A stretch of DNA of 64,000 nt from Hemiscyllium ocellatum (lineage: Eukaryota), in assembly GCF_020745735.1 (NCBI RefSeq), contig NC_083419.1, positions 51,308,135 through 51,372,134 on the forward strand, written 5' to 3'. The notes under the pieces are model-generated. The model searched no databases. It saw nothing but the letters and a program-made list of their open reading frames with translations, and was not told where the DNA came from. A program made the position numbers and the translations under genes. The first letter of the stretch is position 1. The number at the start of each line of letters is the position of its first letter. This document shows, in pieces, positions 48,889-62,165 of this stretch.

Positions 48889-50519
48889 CTCACTTTGCTT
48901 CTCCTGTAGATACAAATATGTACATATCTCTACAAAACAAGTCTCTATAAAATATTATCTGTAAGTTTTAAATGAATAGAGCTCCATTCATCAGACTTTA
49001 TCGAGTACCTGCTTTACTCAGATAGCCACCAGGCATAACAAATGTACAGGCTAGTTCAAGACAGATAACCACATCAAGTATCACAAATCCCACAGCCTAT
49101 TGTACTCAGTTGACATTTGTGAGACTTTTCACAACAGTATCACACAAATAATTTGGGAACATTTTTTCTACTGACTTTCACCTCAACACCTTTCTTAGTT
49201 GATGATTTTTCAAAAACAAAAGTGCTAAGAATACTCCGTAGGGTGGATCTCACAAAAAGAACGGATTACCATCCTCACCTGCTTCCCAAAAGTCTACTGG
49301 CACCTTACGGATCAGAAACACAGCACTCTGCAGGGATAATATTCTGAGAATAGCTTTAAGAAGCTCAGAAAGGGATCTGAGTCCCTTAAAGACTGGAAGT
49401 CTCAAGTTAAATCAATCTGATTGGCCAATAGATCCAAAGTTCCACGAGCATCAGGAGAAAGTAATGGTCACTGTTGGGACTGGAGGCAATCCTGAAGAAG
49501 AACAAAGTGAATTGCAGACTTGCTTGGGGTTTTGGCCAGACCCAACTAGGAGACTCAGGGCGTGTGGAGGGAGACAAGGGATGTATCATTTTGGGGAGTT
49601 GGCAGCAGGGCACAGGGAATCATAAAGATGATACCTCCACCTCCCCTCTCCCCATTACATGCCCATGGTTAGCCTGTGCAGTGAAAGGAGCTGGGTTAAT
49701 TATCTTCCCCACAGAGCTAACAGTTGTGGTGGAGTCACAATGGGGCCCTTAAGAAGGAGTCAATAATCCACTTAAAAGTCTCAATAGGCCTAATGGTGGA
49801 TGGGGTGCCTGACACCTTAGTCACCACCAGTAAGGGAGAGAACAGGCTGGATGAGCAGGTTAGCCACCCATTTACTTTCTGGACCATCCCACCTCCTAAT
49901 CCACGTTTTGGGTGGTGTGGTGGGTTATGTCAATTTCATCCGAGAGATCTGTTCTCATTCTACATTCCCTTCATTTGCAGAACAAGAAAATAGGATCTGC
50001 TATCATAACTTAAAGAGGGAAATATTGTAGTATGATGAAAAAAAATGCATGCACTCAATGTGACTATGCTTGATGATGTCCACTAAGGAATTAATGGTGC
50101 AATGTAAATTGCCACAAATTTGCTTTATCATTACTACTATTGATATATTGTAGAGATAGTTAATCTACTTCCAACCCCATTAGTATTCACCTTCATCTAT
50201 CTTTGTACATCTGCTGGCAGAACATTTATCCATGCAATGTCATTTTCAGACTCAGTTATTCTCATGATACCCTAGCCACCTTCCAATCTGCTTGGACATT
50301 CAGTTCATCCATACCTTTGATGCCTATACCCTGCCCTACATAAAATTCTGCTCATACACCACACATTCTTACTGATCTTTTATTCCATTCCCTGGCCCTC
50401 CAATTTTAAAATCCTCCCTAAAGAAAACATACTGGTGCTCGGACCTTGGACTCGTTGGGTGTCTCACTATTCCTTCATTCCAACATCGACTGCTATGCCT
50501 TCAGCAATGTCAGCTCAAC

Positions 50520-51112
50520 AGGCCAGATATCAGATAATGATGAGTCAGAATAAAAAAACAGAAGATGAAGGGCTTAGTGTCATGGTGCAATGGTGACAAT
50601 CTCTCTCTCAAAATCAGCAAGACAAAATAATTGATCATTGACTTCAGGAAAAAAGGAGAACACACCCCTATCTACATCAATGGAGTGAAGATGGAGGGGG
50701 TTGAGAGCATCAAGTTCCTCGGAGTGATGATAACCAACAATCTATCCTGGAGCTCCCACAGAGATATGACAGTCAAGAAGGCACAGCAATGTCTCTTCTT
50801 CCTCAGGCAATTTAGGAAATTCAGCATGTCCATAAGGGCCGTCACCATCTTTTACAGATGCACCACAGAATGCATTTTGTCTGGGTGCATAATGGGTTGG
50901 CATGGCAACTGCTCTGCCCAGGACTGTAAGAAACTACAGAAAGTTGTGTACACAGCCCAAATCATCACAAAAGCCAAACGTCCCATCTATGGAGTCCATT
51001 TACACTTCTCGCTGTCATGAACAGGCTGCCAACAGCAGCAAAGACCCCTCCTATCCCAGTAATACTGTCTTCCAACCTCTTCTGTCAAGCAGAAGATACA
51101 GAAGCTTGAACG

Positions 51113-51144
<32 letters not shown>

Positions 51145-51390
51145 AACATGTTCAAGAACAGCTTCTTCCCTTCTATTATTAGACAGCTAAATGGACCTCT
51201 CTATTTTCAAATAATGTTGATTTTGCTTTGTACACCTCCTGTGCAGCCGTAACCTTGAATACCTCACTCTGTTTACACACCCTATGATCTGTATGTTCTT
51301 ATTTGCATTGATCTGCCTGTATTGCTCACAAAATATAAGTTTTCACTGTACTTAGGTACATGTGACAATAATAAATCAAATCAAATCAGA
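50520..51390 (+). mobile_element. Rex1/Babar-like LINE 3' end containing a (CA)n tract at 51114-51142
   Basis: IIDFRKK...IKFLGV...KKAQQCLFFLRQFRKF; (TCAAA)n tail after AATAAA. Confidence 0.8.
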
Positions 51391-52026
51391 TACTTCCTCC
51401 TTAAATTCATAACCTCTGCACCTCCTTCTCTCTCCTTAAAGCCCTCATTAAAGCCAGCTCTGATTAAGCTTTGGTGTTGTCTTCCATCATGACCTTTCAT
51501 TTAACATCCAAATATGCCTTTGTGAAGTGCCTCAGGAGATTTTTCCAAATTAATGGTACCATGTAAATTGAAATTTTCATTGATGTAAGTGCCACTTTTT
51601 GGAACCTAAACATGCTGTCTCGGTAAGTACAGACATGTTGACTTGGACATTGAAGTTCCAAATGGTTACAAGTCTCAGTTATGAGACTATAAGATGAAAA
51701 CAGGATAAATGAGGAAAATTGTTACAGATCAGAGAAGAATCAAATGGGGAGTTCTTGTCCAAGCACCTCACAGGAGTCAATTTTTAAATCTGATTTTAAT
51801 GGCACATGATGGATAACAAAAAAATCAGGATGAGGTGAGAGACTTCAATGATTGAAAGAAAGCGCACTGAAGAATTTTTAATTGCTGCATTTTACAAGTC
51901 ATTTTGCTGATATGGAAGAACAATGGATGGCCTGAGGTAATAATACTATGAAAAGAAACACAACAATTTCCAAGAATAAAGGAGCAGAGCACATTCAGGG
52001 CAGTTGCAAAACATACAAATGGAAGT

Positions 52027-52251
52027 TGTAGCAATTGGAATAAGATCAGTTAGGTAGATCTCATTGAATATAAGTTCCCTGATTGAGGCTGTTAACCTAA
52101 TCCAATCAGGGAGTCCTGGCTGACAGATATAAACAGGAGTGTCAGAGAGTCTGTTCATTCTAGGAGCTAGCTGGGTCAGTGTCACGTACAATGCACATGT
52201 AAATAAAGGGAGACTTGGTGATGGAATACTGGCCTTCGTAGTGTTTTTTCA
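52027..52251 (+). mobile_element. Solo LTR (Gypsy/BEL-type), 225 bp
   Basis: TG...CA termini, 5-bp TSD GAAGT (52022-52026, 52252-52256), internal CCAAT, TATAAA and AATAAA in promoter-to-polyA order. Confidence 0.78.
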
Positions 52252-52319
52252 GAAGTGGGAATGGCTTTTGTTCAGGTTTCACTGATTTTACCAGCTGCAC
52301 AATTCTTCAAACCTCTTTC

Positions 52320-52870
52320 TCTGAATGGATCATTACAAGCAAGCATCTGAGGTTGGCAAGTAATACAGAAGGCCAGTGGAATTTCGGTCTTTATTTCAAG
52401 GGCAATGGAAAGCATTAGTCAGACCACAGATGGAATACTGTGAACAGTTTTGAGCCCCTTCTCTACAGAAAGTACACTGGCATTGGAGGCAGTCAGGTGA
52501 ATATACTGGCAAATGAATGGAGGTTGTGTAGATTAGGCTTGTACTCATTGAAATAGAGAAGAATGAGAGGCAACCTTACTCAAACATACAAGGTTCTTAC
52601 AGGATTTGACTGTGTGAATGCAGAAAGATAGATTCCCCTTGTGAGAGTGTCGAGGATCAGAGGACATAATATTAGAGTAATGGTCATCCATTTAAGACAG
52701 AGATGAAAAGTCTTTTTTCTCAGAGGGCAGAGACAGATTTTTAATTAGTAAGGGGTTCAAGCTAATGGAAAAAAACAATAAATTGGAGTTGAAGTTTATC
52801 AGATCAGACATGGTCGGATTGAATAGTACAGCAGACTCGATGGACTGAATGGCTGACTTCTGCTCCTAAG
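52320..52870 (+). mobile_element. Old CR1-like LINE 3' relic
   Basis: Decayed RPQMEYCEQF and RRMRGNL-type segments with a CR1-like tail. Confidence 0.6.
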
Positions 52871-53407
52871 TTGTCTAGGTTTGGATTTTTGGGCCTCTTC
52901 TCACTGAACACATATGAAGTAATGTTAACCATTCTCCTATCCACTAAACTAAGAAAATAAAAATATTACAAAAAATTAAAGCAAAATGTACTTTTTTTTG
53001 GAATATTGTAATACATACAGAAAAAATATCAAGTTTTAGTTCTAATTCTGACTCCACTTTCCTTCCTTTCTGAATTTCAGCCAGAATCAACATGCATTGA
53101 TGTAGTTATTGCTTTAAAAAATAAATGTGCCTTAATCACAATATATAATAAATTCTCAATGGCATACAAACACAGACTAGGAAATTAATTTCAGTACACT
53201 TGCATGGTTGACATTTTAGATTCTGCAATACTCCTCTACAATCTGCAGAAGAGGGTACTTAACATAAAGGCATTCTAAAATAATGTTCGCACGAGAAAGA
53301 TGAGAAAGAAAGGACAATTCGCAACTTGTGACTTTAAAATAGCATGTTTTGCATGATTTGAATGTATAATGTTGCCAAATGCATGTACACAGATCTCTAA
53401 AACTTAC

Positions 53408-53700
53408 CTTTGTTAGTCCACAATTTTAAGTTGTGAATTATTCTTTATCCCCCAAAAAGATCACCAGTTTCCTGGAATTCAGCCAAGTGGGAAATTATCA
53501 GGCATCTCCTTCACTTCATATTTTCAGCTGCTATTACGGAAAACTAAACAGTTTGTTTATCAGCAGTGGCCACATGTACATGCTGGAGATTGAATTCCGT
53601 GGCAAGGAGATAACTAACTTTACTATTGTTAGATTCTTACGCAGAAATCTGAGAAGTGAATTTATGTAGGCTCAACTCAATCCCTACAAAATACAAAAAA
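53408..53700 (-). other. PARVG: Probable non-coding first exon (5'UTR) of PARVG; 5' boundary unknown
   Basis: Consensus donor AAG|gtaagt at 53408/53407 in unique sequence upstream of the ATG exon; an in-frame TAA shortly before the donor argues against coding. Confidence 0.5.
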
Positions 53701-53739
53701 AAAACAATTATATTAGCAAAGCAGTTATTTTTCTGACTT

Positions 53740-53870
53740 TATGGTGACTTCCTCCTCACCCTTTGTGGTTTTAACTGGAGATCATATGGATATCTGCAAC
53801 GCTGAGTAACGGAAATGATTTCGTAGTAGATGTGATATGGGCCACCCCCTCAATTAACCGTTGCAACAGA
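53740..53870 (-). promoter_or_regulatory. Candidate PARVG promoter with PU.1/ETS and RUNX motifs
   Basis: GAGGAAGT on minus at 53747-53754, TGTGGTT at 53764-53770, second ETS-like CGGAAA near 53810, about 340 nt upstream of the UTR donor. Confidence 0.45.
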
Positions 53871-56800
53871 CAGAAAACTGAAACAAGCCACTATAAGATG
53901 ATAGAAGGGGAGTCAAAGTAGAATTGCAAGACTGACCTAAATATCAGGATAACCTAAACTAACTGAATGTTTTTTTTAACTTAATGTTTGAGTTCCATTC
54001 ACTCACACTATGGAGGAACCATTGATGTTGAGATGCATTCAAAAGTACATATTCTCACACAATTTACAGTGAATTAAGTTCTAATACGATGAATTTCACC
54101 AGAATTTATTTCTTAACTTGTATGTACCTAATCACTTAAAACAACTAACACTGAATACACACTGCAATTTCTCTAAGACACTTAACAATCACTCAAAGTA
54201 GTTTGACTGGATATGGTGACCTCATACTTTTTTAGATGGTGGTAATAATCCTGATCTTTCCATACACTAAATTGATCAATGGTATTTAGTTCTTTTTGGG
54301 GACATGTGGAAAAGCTTACACCAAAGTGGCAAATTAACAAGATGCTGGTGAGGAAACGTTTCACTTTTCACATTTGATGCCAACATCAAACATTCCAACT
54401 CAATAATAGGATGAACTAAACTTCATAACAAAACTCCTATAATGCTGCAACAAACAGTCACAAACTGAACTGTATGGGTGCAATACTTCTATTACCCACA
54501 CCAGCAGGCTTGTAAGAAAGGTACTATAGTAATTATTGGTGCCTTTAATCTTTATGTAGGTTGGATAATGCAAATACGAAAATATAGATAAGAGGATGAG
54601 TTCATAGCAGGTAGCTGGACGGTTTCTTAGAACAATATATTATGGAAACAACTAGAGAACAGGCTGTTTTAGATCCTGTCATATTTAATGAGAAAGGATT
54701 AGTTTATAATCCCATCACAAAAGATTTTCCATAAAATTAGTCACATGATAAAATATCACATCCAATATGAGGTGATAAATTTAGGTCTTAGCTTAAATAA
54801 AAATGATTACAAGGATGTGAAAATGGAAATTGAAGTGGATTATGGAGATAGCTTAAAATGCTATATAAATAATAAGACATTAAGGACCTTTTTCATAACT
54901 CTCAAATAATCATTTCATTCTAAAAGAAAGACTATGAGAAAGATGAACATGGTTAATTTTAAAAAAGTTAAATGTGTTATGAAATTGGAAGAAAAGGAAA
55001 ACATATTGTGACATCTAGTGAGTGGCTAAAAATTGGTAACATTTTAGAGGCCAGCAAAGATTACTGGAAAAAAAAGGAAAGTAGATGAAAGAAGTAGATA
55101 GCGGGAACTACTGAAAGCTTATAAAAAGGAAAAGAGTAGTAAACATTGGTCCTTTAGAGAACAAGACTGGGGAGTTGATAATGCAAAATGAGGAAATGAG
55201 AAATTGAAAAGTCTATTGCTAGACCTCAGAATCAGAGGGCATTCATCTTCAAGGAGGAACCATGTCAAGTGAGATTTACTCCATGAATAATTGAGATTCT
55301 TCAGGGGCCTAAATATGTGGAAAACAAGTACAAACAGTGACTTCCCTCACTCTGATATGCACAGATCAACGAGAAGTGACAGAAATGTTAAAATAGAGCT
55401 GCACCATCACGATGTTTCAGTCTGTACATTCTTCCTCTTCATATAGTTGTGAAAAGCCTGACCTTACAGGCAGTTCTATAAACAGTCTCCAGCGGTTTCA
55501 TCACATTTCCTCTCTGTTCACTGAATCGAGTTACATGACAATTTCATTTCACAACAAAGTTGCTTATGGTTCTGACATTTTATTCATTTCTTTCAGACTT
55601 CCTAATGACACAAGAGTTCATGGTGCTTCTTCAAACCATGTTCAACCTCCTTATCCTCACTCAAAGATTTTCCAATTTTTATACAGTGCAGCAAGTATCA
55701 GCCTGGAAATGTACCATTACAGAAGTAAATATGAAACAGCCACAGTGGCACTTGTTGAAATGTTTAGTACAAATTCCAAACTGCATAATTGGTGCTTTTA
55801 CAATCTTATGTGGCAAAATCTCCAATATGCTCACCCCTTTGAAGTTAATAATTTCCATGAGATTTTGTGATCTAGCTTAAAGATAAATTAAAATTCTAAT
55901 TTCAGCTATCAATCTCAACATAATTAATTTTTAATTTGCAGAAAAATTATTGAAGTTATTTGGATATTTTCCAATATACAAAGGCAATACCCTCCAATGG
56001 CTGGAATCATTAAAAAAAAATTCTTTATCAGAAGGCAATCATCACAGCTCCAGGACATCATTGCAAGAGACACTTGTCAAATATCTTTGATTACTTTATT
56101 AAAATATTATTAGAAATAACCGTCTTTTTCATTTAGTTTAGAATGAGGCTGTTCAGTGCTCCATCCATTTATATGGGTAAAAAGCTATCTTGAACAGGTA
56201 CTTCAGCCACTTTCAAAGACAACACTACTGGTTCAGGTGTAAGCAAAAGCTTGGGGGTCACCACTGAACAGAAGTTGAAACTAAACACCTATTGAAATAT
56301 CATAGATGCAACAGCAGGACAGAATCTAGTCATTCTATAACAATAGTCCCTCAAAACCATCCTTGGATCTTGAGTCAGGATTGTTAAATAAAGCACTGTA
56401 CCTGAAGGATACACTCTCATTAAGGTCAGTAAAGCTGTCCCCCCATCAAGAATACATGTACTCGTTGCTGACACTTCCATTACACATACATTCAGAGTAT
56501 AGTATACAATATTTCCCAACTGCACTCTAACAATCCAATAGTTAATTCATGAGAACCACCTTTCACTGAGAAGGCAAGAGAGGTAATGTTGTAGCAAACC
56601 ACACCTCAAATTGTTCTTGAGCCATAAACCATTCTAGCTGAACAGATCCTTCATTGTGCTGTCAGAATTCTGCAATTCCACAGAACCATTGCAAAAAAGG
56701 ACCCAGACAGTTCAGTTAGAACCCTTGCTGACCTTTCACAGTCTTTGCTTTTATTTTTTTATCAATTGTGGTTTGGAGCTATTAAAGGGGAATAGCCACT

Positions 56801-59199
56801 TGTGGACTTCATGAAACAGCTTGCGATAAGTGGAAAAGAACAGACTATTTGTGAGGCTAGGCTTGGAGGTTAGCTGCAGGCTGAGTCTTGATTCAAAGAC
56901 ACAGATTCCGACAGATAACAGCCAACCATGGGGTTCTGGAATGCGATCAGGAATTTATTGATTTTTTTAGGTGGTTTGAATCACCCCCAGATCTCTGGTT
57001 CTGACACTGGACTTATTTAGGAATGTGAAGAAGGCAGTAAATAGACGTTTCCGGGCAAAAAAAAAATCTGTGTTTATTAAATACAAAAAGGAAGCGTAAT
57101 ATAATAAATAAAGGCAGACGTAATAAACAATGAAATTGACACAGTCAACCATACAGAGGACAGTAATTAAATACACTATCAAATTAAATACAGGTTGAGC
57201 ACTATTAGTGGCTAAATAGCAGCTTTAATCACAGAGATTCCAATCAGGTTTCCTACCTTTGGGGTTCCTGCACTGCTACTATCCACCTTCCCATCCCTGC
57301 TAGCTAGGCTGAAAACCTTGGGGTCTTGGCAATTTAAGGTCACCACTGGGGAGAAACATGATTGTGAAGTACAGCTGGCTGTCCCAGCATGGTTCCTTGA
57401 TGAAGATTTCACATGGTGTAGGCCTTCAGTCTGGTGGAGTCTATTGATGCTGTAGGACCCATAATGAATTTAGAGAGTGAGTACTTGGTTTTCCTTACTT
57501 GCTGGTGGTTTTGCAGGTTGATTTTCATCTCAGGATGTGCCTGAGGCCTTCTGGTGTCAGTCGGTTCTTAGGCCTGCTGGTTGTCTGGTATGAAACAGGC
57601 CTGTGCCAGTAGGTTTCAGAATTCCTGTCCATCCTTCTTCTGGAGATAGCTGTGCAGATAGTGCTCAGGGAGATAGCTCTCCGGGATCCCTCTTCTGGGG
57701 ATAGGTGTGGGAATTGCTCCTTGGCTGAAGTTGGGTCCTCCAATTATATTAATTGCAGATCTCTTGTCTTCACGCCAAACTGTGCTTGCCATCGTGTTAG
57801 TGCTGCTCTCTTTGAAGCTAATTGGCTTGCCGATAATTAAGAGCATGTGTGAATGTATTTTGATCGAAGTTGAACATCCAGTGTCTCTGTGAATGAATAT
57901 TGATTGAAGTTGAATGCCTGTTATCTGTACAGGTTCGATTCAGTCTGTGTTGGGAAGGCTGAGGTGTAAAAGTTAGTTTCAGGTCTGGTTAATTGTCCTC
58001 ATGGAGTGGATTGGACTTCTAGGCTGAACAACAGTGCCGGACGGAAATCATTCTGGCTCTGTAGATATTTGTTGCAGCCTAAACTCTAGATTTTGTCCAG
58101 TATTTTAGATGTTAGAAAAGTCCAGGGTCTTGTCCAGCATTTCAGATGATGGGGATTTTTGCTCAATCCTGTAGAAACAATGAAGCACACTGTGTTTAAC
58201 TAGATAGAACTTTTCTATTATCAAGGTCAGCACCTGGAAATTGGCTCCTGCGAGTCTGGAAGAGATCTTACATTCAAGCAGATGGCAAATGTTGAATTGC
58301 AGTTGGGGTGTCTGGAAAAGACAGTTGGTCTATCAGTGCAGGACCAGAGTTGAAGCTGTTCATTTTGGATCATGCTTTCAGGGAGATGAGTTTGTCTGCT
58401 GATGACACAGCAAGATGATGTTGAACTGCCTAACTACCATTGACAGCTTTTAGAAGCCCAGAGAGTAAAAGGCTGAGTTTGAAGTATTACAATCTATATG
58501 TGAGTGAACTGGAAAGGTAACCCTGATCAATATTTCCAGGAAAGCAATGAAGGAGTCCACTTGTGAAACCACACATTGAGAAAACCATTGAATTAATCTG
58601 GCCAGTTTTGTTATTTTCCTTTATTTATCCATCAACTGTGTATGTTTGGTTGTCTGGCTTTTGTATGAATGGGACCAAAAACAAATGCTTCAGGTTTAAA
58701 GCAAAGACTTTAATTAGATTATTTTGTTGTTTATTTTTTATCTCTGCTAAAATTCTAACATAGTTAATAAATTGTTAAATCTTTTAAGATAGATAATCAG
58801 TGTCATGAATTAGTTATTCGCAAAGTCTGGGATTTGTTGTTCAAAAGTCTGATTAGGAACCACTGGAGTAACTATTGAGGATCTTCAATGGTTTTAATTT
58901 TGCCATGTTATAAATACAGAGATAGGAATGCTGATTTAGTTTGACTGTCTGTCCCTGTGTCACAACAATTTAAGTAGTACAGCCATCATTTCTCAAGGCA
59001 ACTAGGAATGAGAAATAAATCAGACCTTTGTGTTGCACACAACTTATTTTTGAAAATGTAATGTGCAACAATGCAACTTTAGCAAATGTTAAATAACTGA
59101 ATTTTAGACAAACATATGAATAAATCCACGACCATTTAATGGTAAAACAACATTTTCAAGAATCTCTTGAAATGGTAGCTCACATGATTTGAATGGTGA

Positions 59200-60900
59200 G
59201 CAGCCTGAAAGTGTTTTGCTATTCAATAAGATCACGTCTGATGAGTACCTAATGTTTTCTCCTAACTCTGCCAATACCTCACCTCCTTATTAATTATCTA
59301 TCCCTGCCTTTAAAATATTCCAAGTCTGAACTTGTACTGTCATTGAAAGAAAATTTACAAGTATTTCAATCCTCTGAGAGAAAGAATTCTCCTAATTTCT
59401 GCCTTAAATGGGTGATCCTTTATTTAAATAGTTATCCCTAGCTCTATAGTCTCCCACAAGAAGAAACATCCTCTCTATATTCATCCCTTCAACACCCCAG
59501 GTCTTTACTGTATATGGTTCAATCAACTTTCCTCTCATTTTTCTAAACTCCGGTGAGTAAGCTTAGCCTGTCCAATCTTCTCTCATAAGACAACCTGCCC
59601 ATTCCAGATACAGTATTAATCTAGTGAACTTTCTCTGAATTACTTCCAACGCATTTATATCCTTCCTTAAATAAGACCACTATAAGCAGTACTCCAAATA
59701 TGGTTTTAATGTCCTGTATAAGTAAAGCATAATCTCTCTAATTTTATCGTCAATCAACCTTGCATTAAATGTTAATATTCTATTAACTTCTCTAATTACT
59801 TGTGATACAGACATTCTAAGCTTTTATAATTCAATCAGCAGGGCATCCAGCATCTCAAAGCTCCACAATCTCTCACTATTTACATAATTTCTTTTAGTCT
59901 TGCTGCCAAAATGGGAAATTTCACATATCCCACATTATACTTAACATATTTACTCATTTCATTTGACCTAGTTCCCTGCCCTTGTGGTCTCTTTTCTACC
60001 CTCTTCACAATGTAGTTGTCAGTTTACATTCATCATCAGCAAATTCAACAACCTTTCCTTTGATCCTTTATTCATTCATTTATATAAACTGTTAAGAAAT
60101 TGAGGATCCAGCACTGATCCTTGTAGCATACAACTTATTACATCTTGCCAACCAGAAAATGACTCATTTATGCCTACCATTGCCTGCTAGCTAGTCAATC
60201 TTCTATCCATGCCAATGTTAACCCTTACTGTGCTTTTATTACCAACAATAACTTTTGATATGACATCAAATAAGCTTTTCAAATGTTTTCTGAAAATCCT
60301 AGTAAATCCAATAATATCTACTGTACATTACTTCTTTGAAGAACTTCAACAAATGTGATTTTCCTTTCATTAAACCATGTTTACTTTGCCGGATCACCTT
60401 GGGCTTTTCTAAGTGCCCTGCTTTAAGGTCTTTTAACATCTTCCCGATGAGAGATAGCAAGCTAGCTGGCTTGCAGTTCCCCTTTCTTTATTCCTCTCTT
60501 TTTGAAATAAAGGAGTCACATTCATTATTTTCAATCGAACTGAACCTAGCTTAACTTTAGGGGAACTTTGGAAAATCAAAACCAGGCTTCAAACATCTAT
60601 CAAGCTATTTATTTTATGACCTGAGGGTGAAGTCTATCAAGCATCCAGGAGTCTGTCGGCTCACAGTTCCAATAGTCTGGCTCAATGTCACATCCTTGAT
60701 GGTTGTAACTTTCTTGAGATCCTCCCTCCCTTCCATTTCCTGATTTATACGTATGTCTGGAATGTTGCTTTTATCTTCTTTGGTGAAGTGCATTGCAAGA
60801 TACCTATTCATCTGCCATCTCATCATCTTTCATTATTAATTCCCCAGACTCACTTTTTATAGGACTAGTGGTCATTGTTGTCATTTTTCAAATGCATGGC
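59200..60900 (-). mobile_element. Old CR1-like LINE relic
   Basis: Decayed colinear similarity to the younger CR1 copies in this window. Confidence 0.6.
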
Positions 60901-61839
60901 AGATCAAAGTGAATATTGTTTCTTAAAATTTTCTGGCACAGCCACACAATTTATGTGTGGTAGTGTGGACTTCTTTGGGGAATCCTCCCAGAATAAAAAC
61001 ATTAGTGTCAGGCACAAACAAATAAATCACGAATTTTAAAAGCACCTAAGAAAAGTACAGAATTTGATACAGTAAAATCAGGGGAATATTGCTATATCTG
61101 TAGTGAAAACACCAAATGTTAGAGATCACAGTGGGTCAGACAGCATCCATGGAGAGAGAGCAGGCTTACAATGAGTCTAGATGACTCTTCATCAGAGCAT
61201 GAATGCGACAGAGGTGGGTTTTATCAGGGTGGACATGCTAAAGTGCTAATACCTAACCTTCCATATCAAACTGAATTCAAGAACTAAGAACTTTAATGGC
61301 GGAAACTAGGACCAAGCTAATACCATTTACATAATCTTGTTTCCTATTAATTTACATGTACAGTGCAAACACTTAACAAAAGGTTCAGAAGCATGAGGAT
61401 TTCTCTACAACCCTTTGTTTGATCTCACTATTAATGGCATTGGTAGTGGACCCCCTTGCTCGATAAAATTTCCCATTCATCCTGATTAATAGCATTTGAA
61501 TCAGTCAGCAGCACATGACAAATTCTTGACGAACCCTGATGAAAAGTCAGTGTGACACTTGGGTATTGTCAAAGACGAGCTCTAGACTCAGTCAGATGGT
61601 CAGTGTATGGCAGAAGGTCTATCCTGGGAGAAGGCCTAGAGACATCCCAGTTCAGCTTGCAGAAGGCTGGAAACTAAACGGTTAAAAAGATAACTTAAAA
61701 GATATTCAGTGATCTAATGCAATGAATGAACACCCGACTGAGACCACATTGTATTGTGCATCCAGATTGAGACTCTCTGATCTCTTACAACTCAGAAAAC
61801 ACATGCTGGCAAAGGCTGTTCAAGTAGTTTGAAATACAA

Positions 61840-62165
61840 GGCTCAGTTGTTAGCACTGCTACCTCACAGCACCAGGGACCCAGATTTGACTCTACCCTCA
61901 GGCGACTGTCTGGATGGAATTTGCACATTGTCTCCGTGTCTGCGCAAGTTTCTTTCAGGTGCTCCGGTTTCTTCTCACACTTCAAGGATGTGCAGCTTAG
62001 GTAGATTGGCCATGCTAAATTCATCATAGTGTTCAGGGATGTGAGATTGGATTAGTCTTGAGAAATGCAAGGTTACAGAGACTGGGTAGAGGATGTGGTC
62101 TCTTCGGAAGGTCGGTGTGGACTCGATGAGTCAAATGGTCTGCTCCCACCATGTAAAGGTTCTAA
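61840..62165 (+). mobile_element. HE1-like V-SINE, diverged
   Basis: Recognisable head and decayed V domain. Confidence 0.8.

Noticed and set aside
48889-48903. In-frame EKQSE before the ATG, suggesting a longer N-terminus
   Set aside because: The best upstream exon (donor at 53408) has an in-frame stop, so this is treated as 5'UTR. An alternative coding upstream exon cannot be excluded.
61105-61200. Further hammerhead-like motif (CTGATGA-AGAGTC-atcta-GACTC on minus); similar traces near 37470 and 61535
   Set aside because: The GAAA half of the core is lost; counted only as decayed relics.
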